Positions 6,289-13,466 of a stretch of DNA of 15,071 bases are shown here, in pieces. Below the pieces are notes generated by a model, which did no database searches, was not told the origin of the DNA, and worked only from the letters and a program-made list of their open reading frames with translations. The DNA comes from Candidatus Methylomirabilales bacterium (GTDB taxonomy: Bacteria > Methylomirabilota > Methylomirabilia > Methylomirabilales > CSP1-5), in contig JBHIAH010000063.1 of assembly GCA_046758505.1 (NCBI GenBank), positions 1-15,071 of the forward strand, written 5' to 3'. Each line of letters begins with the position of its first letter. Within the stretch, counting starts at the first letter, position 1. The position numbers were made by a program, and so were the translations under genes.

Positions 6289-6304
6289 TGCAACGCGTGT
6301 GCCA
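6289..6304 (-). promoter_or_regulatory. sigma54 (-24/-12) promoter for the 6249/6027 gene pair
   Basis: Minus strand TGGCACACGCGTTGCA, a perfect consensus match. 6289-6308 is 19/20 identical to 5355-5374. Confidence 0.9.
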
Positions 6305-6438
6305 AGGGTCTTCCGCGGAGTAAGCCTCGATTTTTGGGGGCGCGGTGCGCCGACTTATCGTGCAGCCGGAGCACGTCTGTCGTGAATCCGGCGCCCGTCC
6401 GGGTGGCCGCTGTGCCTGGGAACACAGGGCCGGATCGC

Positions 6439-6468
6439 TTGACACCTCCCTGGCTGGTCGGGGATACT
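6439..6468 (+). promoter_or_regulatory. sigma70-like promoter (copy 2 of repeated element) for the DUF4126 gene
   Basis: TTGACA-N18-GATACT, about 80 nt upstream of ATG 6550. Confidence 0.6.
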
Positions 6469-6549
6469 GAGGGCCTCACATGTCCCCGGCCGTTCGCACG
6501 ACCGGAAGACAGACGCCGCAATTGTTCGCGACAGAAATGAGGAGAAGGC

Positions 6550-7176
6550 ATGGAGACCGTATTGAGCGTGTGTCTCGGTGTTGGATTGAGTGCCGCCTGT
6601 GGTTTTCGGGTGTTTGTGCCACTGCTGGTGATGAGCATTGCGGCTGTTTCCGGACATCTCACGCTCGCCCCCGGCTTTGAATGGATTGGGACGTATCCCG
6701 CCCTGGCGGCCTTCGTCGTCGCAACCTGTCTTGAGGTTGCGGGGTACTTTATTCCGTGGGTGGACAATCTCTTGGATACCATTGCCACCCCGGCCGCCAT
6801 TGTCGCCGGCGTCATGGTGATGGCCTCGGCGGTTTCCGGGATGACGCCATTTCTCAAGTGGGCCTTGGCGGTCATAGCAGGTGGCGGGGTGGCCGGCGTG
6901 GTTCACGTCGCTACAGGCGTCACGCGAGGGGCCTCCACGGTGACCACGGGGGGCTTGGGGAATCCGCTCGTCGCGACGATGGAATTCGGGGGGGCGATGG
7001 TGCTGTCCTTGCTGGCCATTGCACTGCCTGTCATCGCTGGGCTGGTGGTCCTCGGGGTTCTATGTGGTGCGGCGAAAAAAATATTGGGGAAGGCGCGTGG
7101 GTATTCCGCGCACGCCCGGATGAGCCAGGGACCCCGGGGGGAGGCCCTCGGGGGGGAGCCCAAGGGCCGGGTGTAA
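6550..7176 (+). CDS. DUF4126 family membrane protein
   Basis: GVGLSAACGFRVFVPLL...YFIPWVDNLLDTIATPAA...STVTTGGLGNPLVATME motifs. GAGGAG SD. Confidence 0.9.
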   Translation: METVLSVCLGVGLSAACGFRVFVPLLVMSIAAVSGHLTLAPGFEWIGTYPALAAFVVATCLEVAGYFIPWVDNLLDTIATPAAIVAGVMVMASAVSGMTPFLKWALAVIAGGGVAGVVHVATGVTRGASTVTTGGLGNPLVATMEFGGAMVLSLLAIALPVIAGLVVLGVLCGAAKKILGKARGYSAHARMSQGPRGEALGGEPKGRV

Positions 7177-7303
7177 TCGCGGTCGAGGTGCCCGGGACCC
7201 GCCTCCCCTCCTCAGGAACGAGCAATGATGGCAGGGGAGCGGTCCGGGGCCACGGGGTCGCCGGGCCTTGCAGTGCTGACACTCGTGCGAGGGAGGAAGA
7301 GCC

Positions 7304-7537
7304 ATGGCGTCGGCAATCGTCCTCGTCAATGCGGATCCGGGGAAGGACCGGAAGGTCGCCCAGGCACTCAAGAAGATCAAGGGGGTGGGCGGGGTGTACC
7401 TCGTGAGCGGTCTGTATGACGTGGTAGCCATGGTCCGGGGGGCCAGTTCCGAAGAGATCCTGGCAACCATCTACGATAAGGTCCGGGGGCTGTCGGGGGT
7501 CCGCGGCAGCCACACCATGTTCTGCCTGGACGCCTGA
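7304..7537 (+). CDS. Stand-alone Lrp/AsnC ligand-binding (RAM) domain protein, 77 aa
   Basis: AIVLVN.DPGK...VA..LKKI.GV..VYLVSGLYDVVAMV...I.DKVR.L.GV..SHT with no HTH. GGGAGG SD. Confidence 0.9.
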   Translation: MASAIVLVNADPGKDRKVAQALKKIKGVGGVYLVSGLYDVVAMVRGASSEEILATIYDKVRGLSGVRGSHTMFCLDA

Positions 7538-7646
7538 GGGGGAAATCCCGGTCCGCGAGCGTCGGTCAACCCCTGGCTCGCGCGGACGCGTCGCCTCCGG
7601 GGATCCCATCCGGAAGCTCGAGTCTCATTTTCACATTCACAGGGCC

Positions 7647-7675
7647 TTGCATTCCGAGGGCTCTCGTGGCATTCT
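7647..7675 (+). promoter_or_regulatory. sigma70-type promoter for pckG
   Basis: TTGCAT-N17-CATTCT with TG one base before the -10 (extended -10). Tandem TTCACA repeat just upstream. Confidence 0.5.
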
Positions 7676-7725
7676 TCGCCAGCGAGGGCCACCGGCGTGT
7701 AGCGGTCCTCGCTCGGGAGTGCGCC

Positions 7726-9480
7726 ATGACTATTAACCCATCTGTCGAACGCTGGGTCAACGAGGTCAGCACCATGTGCCGCCCGACGGGTGTGGTGTGG
7801 TGCGACGGGTCCGAGGCCGAGCACCAGCGGCTCCTGGAGGCCGCCGTCCGCGCGGGAGACCTCATTCCCTTGAACCAGCAGCGCCTGCCGGACTGCTACC
7901 TGCATCGGAGCGATCCCAATGACGTGGCCCGCACCGAGCATCTCACCTTTATCTGCTGCGGGGAAAAGGCCGACGCCGGCCCCACCAACAACTGGATGGC
8001 GCCGGCAGAGGCTTACGACCGCCTCTCCACGATTTTTGCAGGCTGCATGGAAGGCCGGACGATGTACGTCATCCCCTTTCTCTTGGGACCGTCCGGGTCC
8101 CCGTTCAGCAAGGTGGGCGTCCAGGTTACCGACAGCCTCTACGTCGTCCTCAATATGCGGATGATGACGCACATGGGGACGGTGGCGCTCGAGCACCTCG
8201 GCGGCTCGGACGACTTCACCCGCGGCCTGCACGCCAAGGCCGACCTGAACGTCGACCGCCGGTACATCTGCCACTTCCCGGAGGACAACACGATCTGGAG
8301 CGTGGGGTCGGGGTACGGCGGCAACGCGCTCCTCTCCAAGAAGTGCATGGCCCTTCGCCTTGCCAGCGTCATGAGCCAAAGAGAGGGGTGGCTCGCCGAG
8401 CACATGCTGATCATCGGGGTCGAGAGTCCTGACGGTGAGGTGACGTACATCTGCGGGGCGTTCCCGAGCGCCTGCGGCAAGACCAACCTCGCCATGCTGA
8501 TCCCGCCGGCCGCCATGAAGGGCTGGCGGGTCTTCACGCTGGGTGACGACATCGCCTGGCTGCGCCCCGGGCCCGACGGCCGGCTGTGGGCCGTGAATCC
8601 CGAGGCCGGGTTCTTCGGGGTGGTCCCGGGGACGAGTTCGAAGACGAATCCCAACGCGATGGCCACCCTTCGGCAGAATACCATTTACACCAATGTGGCG
8701 CTTAGGCCCGACGGCACCGTGTGGTGGGAGGGGCACGATGACCCCCCACCGGCGCAGGCCGTCGACTGGCGGGGGCGGCCGTGGACGCCGGCGAGCAAAG
8801 AGCCGGCGGCGCACCCGAACAGCCGATTCACGACCCCCGCGCGTGAGTGTCCGTCCATCTCCCCCGAGTGGCAGAACCCGAAGGGCGTCCCGATCAGCGC
8901 CATCCTCTTTGGCTCGCGGCGCCAGAAACTCGTCCCCCTCGTCTACCAGTCCTTCAGCTGGCAGCACGGCACCTTCCTGGGCGCCACCCTCGCGTCCGAG
9001 ACGACCGCCGCCACCACCGGGACCGTGGGGGTCGTGCGGCGGGACCCCATGGCCATGCTCCCCTTCTGCGGCTACAACATGGCCGACTACTGGGGCCATT
9101 GGCTCTCGATGGAAAAGCGAGTGTCCAGGCTCCCCAAGGTCTTCCGCGTCAACTGGTTCCGCAGGGACAACAGCGGCAAGTTCCTCTGGCCCGGATTCGG
9201 CGAGAACCTGAGGGTCCTCAAGTGGGTGATCGAGCGCTGCAGGGGGGATGGCAAGGCGGAGGAAACCGCCATCGGGTACCTCCCCCCGCAGTCCGCCATC
9301 GACCACAACGGGCTTTCCGTGTCCGATGATGCCCTCAAAGCGCTCCTCCAGGTGGATCGAGAGGGATGGCGCACCAGCGCCCGCAGCCAGGGCGAGTTCT
9401 TTAGAAAATTCGGAGACCGGCTTCCCCGCGGCATCCGCGAGGAGCACGACGCCCTGGGTCGCCGCCTCAAGTCGAAGTAA
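7726..9480 (+). CDS. pckG: Phosphoenolpyruvate carboxykinase (GTP)
   Basis: Signature motifs DVARTE, GSGYGGNALL.KK, GWLAEHML, FPSACGKTNLAM, GDDIAW, NPEAGFFG, HPNSRF, RRDPMAMLPFCGYN, WPGFGEN. ATG 7726 follows GGGAG. Confidence 0.97.
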   Translation: MTINPSVERWVNEVSTMCRPTGVVWCDGSEAEHQRLLEAAVRAGDLIPLNQQRLPDCYLHRSDPNDVARTEHLTFICCGEKADAGPTNNWMAPAEAYDRLSTIFAGCMEGRTMYVIPFLLGPSGSPFSKVGVQVTDSLYVVLNMRMMTHMGTVALEHLGGSDDFTRGLHAKADLNVDRRYICHFPEDNTIWSVGSGYGGNALLSKKCMALRLASVMSQREGWLAEHMLIIGVESPDGEVTYICGAFPSACGKTNLAMLIPPAAMKGWRVFTLGDDIAWLRPGPDGRLWAVNPEAGFFGVVPGTSSKTNPNAMATLRQNTIYTNVALRPDGTVWWEGHDDPPPAQAVDWRGRPWTPASKEPAAHPNSRFTTPARECPSISPEWQNPKGVPISAILFGSRRQKLVPLVYQSFSWQHGTFLGATLASETTAATTGTVGVVRRDPMAMLPFCGYNMADYWGHWLSMEKRVSRLPKVFRVNWFRRDNSGKFLWPGFGENLRVLKWVIERCRGDGKAEETAIGYLPPQSAIDHNGLSVSDDALKALLQVDREGWRTSARSQGEFFRKFGDRLPRGIREEHDALGRRLKSK

Positions 9481-9657
9481 GCTCGAACCCTCCTGGAGCG
9501 CCGGATGGTCGGCGTCAGGTGTCCCTCCCGTTCGTCAGGCGCGGCAGCGGTGCACCCGGAAAGATAACAGGGCGCTGTCCCCATGTTCCGACCAGACGCC
9601 CGTGGAGAAAACCGGGTGGCGATGCCGGGGATGTTATGACCCGCGGAAGGCCGCGTG

Positions 9658-10503
9658 ATGCGGACGGGAATGTCGTTGAACAGTTTCTGGCCCATCCTGC
9701 TACTCGTCGCGGGAGCGTACGGGGCGCTCATCCTGTTTGTGTTTGTTTTCCAATCACGGCTGGTGTACTTACCGAATCTCCCCTCCCGCGACGTCAACGC
9801 CACACCGGAGAGCGTGGGGCTGGCGTACGAGTCGGTATCGATTCTGACCGATGACGGGGTGACCCTTGACGGTTGGTATGTCCCGGTGCCCCGGGCGCGG
9901 GGCGTCGTGGTGTTTTTCCACGGCAACGCCGGGAATATCTCGCACCGCCTCGACTCGTTGCAGATCTTCCACGACCTCGGTCTCGCGACCCTGATCTTTG
10001 ATTATCGCGGGTACGGGCGCAGCACCGGCACCCCCTCGGAGCAGGGCACCTATCGGGATGCCGACGCCGTGTGGCGGTATGTCACTGAACAGCGGCACAC
10101 CCCGGCGCAGGAGATCGTGCTTTTTGGCCGGTCGCTCGGCGCCGCCATCGCGGTCTACGTGGCGGCGCGGCATGCGCCGAAGGCACTGATCCTCGAGTCT
10201 GCCTTCCGGTCCATCCCTGACCTGGCGGCGGAGGTGTACCCTTTCCTTCCCGCGCGGTGGTTGGCCCGCTTCCGCTATAGCGCCGAGGCGCATCTCCGGG
10301 CCGTTGCGTGCCCCGTCCTCGTTGTGCACAGCCGGGAGGATGAGATCATCCCGTTCGCGCACGGCCAGAGACTGTTCGCGGTGGCCAATGAGCCGAAGCA
10401 GCTCCTGGAGATCCGCGGCGGCCACAACGAGGGGTTCGCCGTGAGCGGGCGCACCTATGTGGAGGGCCTGGATGCCTTTTTGCAGGCACACCTGGGACGA
10501 TGA
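9658..10503 (+). CDS. Membrane-anchored alpha/beta hydrolase (ABHD13/BEM46/YfhR-like)
   Basis: N-terminal TM, FFHGNAGN, FDYRGYGRSTGTPSE, nucleophile elbow GRSLG, HSREDEII, GGHN. Start could be 9655, 9658 or 9670. Confidence 0.93.
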   Translation: MRTGMSLNSFWPILLLVAGAYGALILFVFVFQSRLVYLPNLPSRDVNATPESVGLAYESVSILTDDGVTLDGWYVPVPRARGVVVFFHGNAGNISHRLDSLQIFHDLGLATLIFDYRGYGRSTGTPSEQGTYRDADAVWRYVTEQRHTPAQEIVLFGRSLGAAIAVYVAARHAPKALILESAFRSIPDLAAEVYPFLPARWLARFRYSAEAHLRAVACPVLVVHSREDEIIPFAHGQRLFAVANEPKQLLEIRGGHNEGFAVSGRTYVEGLDAFLQAHLGR

Positions 10504-10533
10504 GCCTGTCGTGGGCCGGGTTGGGCGAATCTG

Positions 10534-11448
10534 GTGATGAACGAGACGCGGCGGGCGGTACCATCGGTCGAGTCCTATTTCAGGTCGGTTGGGATCCGTG
10601 CGGACCAGGATGAGAATGGCTTCTGGGAGCGCCTCAGAAAACGGTACGGCCCCCTCGCCGAACATCTCGCCCAGGCGATTTCCGCGCGGGAGGAGGGCCA
10701 GGAGGTTGACGTCTACGCGCTGAAGAATACAACGCTGCCACTCAGCATCGCAGTCACGGCACAATACTGCTCCCGGATGTACCGGGAGTTTCTGGGGTGG
10801 TTCCTTCACCAGAGATTCCCGGGGCCGCGGGCACTGATGGACGTCGGGTGCGATAACGGAATCCTCACGTGCTTCTACGCCGCGCTGTACCGGGAGGCGG
10901 AGGTCGTGGGTGTCGACAGGGGCGCGGCAGGGATCGCATGTGCCCGGGAGCTCGCCGAGCGGCTGGGACTCACGAACGTGCGCTTCGAGGTCCGCGATCT
11001 CCTGGGTCTCGCGGGCGCGTTTCCCGATCGGTCCTTCGATTGCATGGTCTCCACGACTGTGTTTCACGAAGTGCTGGGGTTTCCCGAGGGCGGCCCGGGG
11101 CATCGGGGCCGGTCGCTGGAGGATGGGGCGGTTGGAGCGGAGGAGTCGGCGTCGGTGAAAGTCGTGACCGACCTGGTGCGGCTCCTGCCCGACGAGGTGG
11201 GAACAGTCATATCGATGGAGCGATGCCCGGATGCGACAACCCTGGCGTGGTGGATCCGGGTGCTCAACCGGGCCGGCCTGAGCGTCGTTCCCGATCGGAG
11301 CGGCTGTCTGAAGTTTTGTGACGCGGACGGAGCGGAGGAGATGCTACCCATTGTGGTTGCGGTGCGCGACCCGCGTCCGGCAGCACCGGCGCGCCAGGAC
11401 ATGCTGGCGTTTCCATGGTACGATGATGATGAAGATATCCCCCGGTGA
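10534..11448 (+). CDS. Class I SAM-dependent methyltransferase, substrate unknown
   Basis: LMDVGCDNG (motif I), VVGVD, NVRFEVRD, SFDCMVS...FHE. Start GTG 10534 or ATG 10537. Confidence 0.88.
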   Translation: MMNETRRAVPSVESYFRSVGIRADQDENGFWERLRKRYGPLAEHLAQAISAREEGQEVDVYALKNTTLPLSIAVTAQYCSRMYREFLGWFLHQRFPGPRALMDVGCDNGILTCFYAALYREAEVVGVDRGAAGIACARELAERLGLTNVRFEVRDLLGLAGAFPDRSFDCMVSTTVFHEVLGFPEGGPGHRGRSLEDGAVGAEESASVKVVTDLVRLLPDEVGTVISMERCPDATTLAWWIRVLNRAGLSVVPDRSGCLKFCDADGAEEMLPIVVAVRDPRPAAPARQDMLAFPWYDDDEDIPR

Positions 11449-11506
11449 ACCGTCTTCCAGGAAGCAAAAAAAGGGAGAGAGGAACTGCGACCGTGAGGAG
11501 GGTTCG

Positions 11507-11668
11507 ATGAGGGTAGTCCTTCTGGCGCTGCTGGTCGTCGTCCTCGCCGCCTGTGCCGGTCCGGTCCGTTCGTCCGGCTCCGCGACGGTGGGGACCCATG
11601 GCGGTTCGGTTTCCGGGACCGTTTCGGGGTCGAGCGGCTCGGCCACGGTGACTGTCCCGGTGAAGTAG
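11507..11668 (+). CDS. Small Gly/Ser/Thr/Val-rich lipoprotein, 53 aa
   Basis: GAGGAGGG SD. MRVVLLALLVVVLAAC lipobox (Cys16). Mature part contains SSGSATV twice. Confidence 0.85.
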   Translation: MRVVLLALLVVVLAACAGPVRSSGSATVGTHGGSVSGTVSGSSGSATVTVPVK

Positions 11669-12197
11669 GCCCCCTCGAACGCGGCGGATCCCGGGAGGCA
11701 TAGTGGCGCCGGTCCCGCCCCATATCCCTGCGACACCTGAAAGACCCCCGTTGTGACGCCCTGTATTCTTGGGGAAACGAGAGACTCATTTACCTCCCCT
11801 CCCGGGATGCCGGTCGGCGTCCCGAGCACTACGGTAATCTTTGGAGGAGACGATGACTCTTTGCGGGTCTCAGGGGCCTTTGCCGGATCAAAATCAGGTC
11901 AGGGCTGGGACTGCCGTGTCCCATTGAGGAGGCAAGGCCTCGCAGTTTTCCGAAAAGTAAAAACAATGGGTTGGAAGAGAAAATGATCTCGGTCAGGACA
12001 TCGCTGCCCCAGCCCCTTCCTCGGTCTACGACGTCTCCCTTGTAAAAATCACAGCTTACATGCGGCTAGCCCGCGGAATGATCTTTGCTCTCTACAGACG
12101 ATAGATAGAAGGAGAGGGCCGCCCGCTTTGGGCGGGAAGGGCCTGCTCCCGAGGGTCCGCCACGGACGACGGACCAAAAGCGAAAGGAGGGAGGATC

Positions 12198-12683
12198 ATG
12201 TATAAACGGATTTTGGTCCCCCTCGACGGTTCTGCCCTCGCCGAGCGTATCCTGCCGCACGTCGAGGCGATCGCCAAGGGGACCGGAGCGGAGGTGTTCT
12301 TGCTCCGGACTGCCGACCCCCGGGCCGGCAGGATCGCGGCCGAGGCGCCCACCGAGGCCCGAAAGTGGCTGGAAGCGGAAGAGGCCCAGGCCGCCGAGTA
12401 CCTGGACGGGGTGGCCAAGCGCCTGAAGGACGTCGGGATCGCGACGCGGCCCATGGTGCTGGTGGGGGAGCCGGCGGTGGAGATCCTCACGGCGGCCGAG
12501 CAGGAGCGGGTGGACCTCATCGCGATGATGAGTCATGGGGCCACCGGCTCGAACCACTTCGATCGGGGGAGCGTAGCCGAGAAGGTGGTCAAGGGCGCCT
12601 CGCGACCGGTGCTGCTCGTTCGAGCCTTCCGTAGCCTGCTCCGCCAGCTCGACGAGCAGGAGGTCTGGGCGATCAAGGGCTAA
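12198..12683 (+). CDS. Universal stress protein (UspA family)
   Basis: MYKRILVPLDGS...GEPA.EIL...DLIAMMSHG...GSVAEKVV....PVLLVR. AAGGAGGGAGG SD. Confidence 0.95.
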   Translation: MYKRILVPLDGSALAERILPHVEAIAKGTGAEVFLLRTADPRAGRIAAEAPTEARKWLEAEEAQAAEYLDGVAKRLKDVGIATRPMVLVGEPAVEILTAAEQERVDLIAMMSHGATGSNHFDRGSVAEKVVKGASRPVLLVRAFRSLLRQLDEQEVWAIKG

Positions 12684-12834
12684 CCCGGCGCGCTCAGGCG
12701 CCCCGGGGCGCTGGTGGGGACGGCAGAGAGACCGGGGCGAGGACGCCTCGGTCTCGCGCCCTTCCTGGGGGCGGGGGAACGCGTCCCTGGCTCGCTCGGA
12801 GATGTGTGAAACCGGGGGGGATGGAGGATTTGCA

Positions 12835-12975
12835 ATGACCGGCACAGAGCTGACGTCCGTCTCGGTCGTCGTCGTCATCCTGGGGTTCGTGCTCGGTCTG
12901 TTCGCCGGGGTCCAGGCGGCGTTCGCCCGCGTCACCCGTTCCAGCCAATTACAGGTTGCACCGGTGGCGGAATGA
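12835..12975 (+). CDS. Small single-TM protein, 46 aa (absent from ORF track)
   Basis: GGAGG (12823-12827) before ATG 12835. MTGTELTSVSVVVVILGFVLGLFAGVQAAFARVTRSSQLQVAPVAE, with GC3-rich codons. Confidence 0.7.
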   Translation: MTGTELTSVSVVVVILGFVLGLFAGVQAAFARVTRSSQLQVAPVAE

Positions 12976-13224
12976 GACCCCGACCGACTCAGCGATGAAG
13001 GCCCCGGCGAAAAAACCGCCCAGGCCGCCCACCAACATCCCGAAGGCGGCACCCAGGTCTCCGATCCACCCGCCGAGCCAGTTCCCCGCGATTTGGCCCA
13101 GGAAGATCAACAGAGTCGTCAGGCAGACCAGCGCGAAGACGAGCAGCAGTTGCCGCCCCGGCGACCGCCACCCCCACAGCATCACGTCATCTTTCACGTT
13201 CACCAGACGAACCCGGAGTCGCAT
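12949..13224 (-). CDS. Small Gly-rich membrane protein, ~91 aa
   Basis: LLLVFALVCLTTLLIFLG...GAAFGMLVGGLGGFFAGAFIAES (GxxxG zipper). The promoter at 13271-13299 restricts the start to 13227 or lower; exact start uncertain. Confidence 0.7.
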   Translation of the reverse strand: MRLRVRLVNVKDDVMLWGWRSPGRQLLLVFALVCLTTLLIFLGQIAGNWLGGWIGDLGAAFGMLVGGLGGFFAGAFIAESVGVSFRHRCNL

Positions 13225-13270
13225 CACCCTGTGTGCACCTGCCTCGCCTTGGGACACCCTTTCCCCGCAT

Positions 13271-13299
13271 ATCATATGAAGGGAGCGATACGCGGTCAA
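13271..13299 (-). promoter_or_regulatory. sigma70-type promoter
   Basis: Minus strand TTGACC-N17-TATGAT. Confidence 0.75.
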
Positions 13300-13392
13300 G
13301 GGGGTTGCGGGCGGATCCATCGCGGGCCCTCCCCCTCCGAGGCGTCCGGAGGGCGAGACCGTGGGGGCGTGCGAGGAGCCGGGCAAATTCCC

Positions 13393-13422
13393 TTGACGGC
13401 AACCGTCTGATTTCTCTAGCAT
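13393..13422 (+). promoter_or_regulatory. sigma70-type promoter for the GGT gene
   Basis: TTGACG-N18-TAGCAT, 44 nt upstream of ATG 13467. Confidence 0.55.
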
Positions 13423-13466
13423 AGGGTCCCTTTTCCTGGCGCCAAAACGGCGGACTACGATACTTC

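Noticed and set aside
7471..9447. 658-aa antisense ORF (likewise 2670-4055, 4264-5388, 9769-11103, 12066-13052, 14214-15002)
   Set aside because: These are shadow frames opposite well-supported genes in high-GC DNA, with no recognisable motifs or translation signals.
1325..13451. Additional GG-N10-GC matches (1326-1339, 11705-11718, 13438-13451)
   Set aside because: They lack the TTGC -12 element, and such matches are expected by chance at this GC content.
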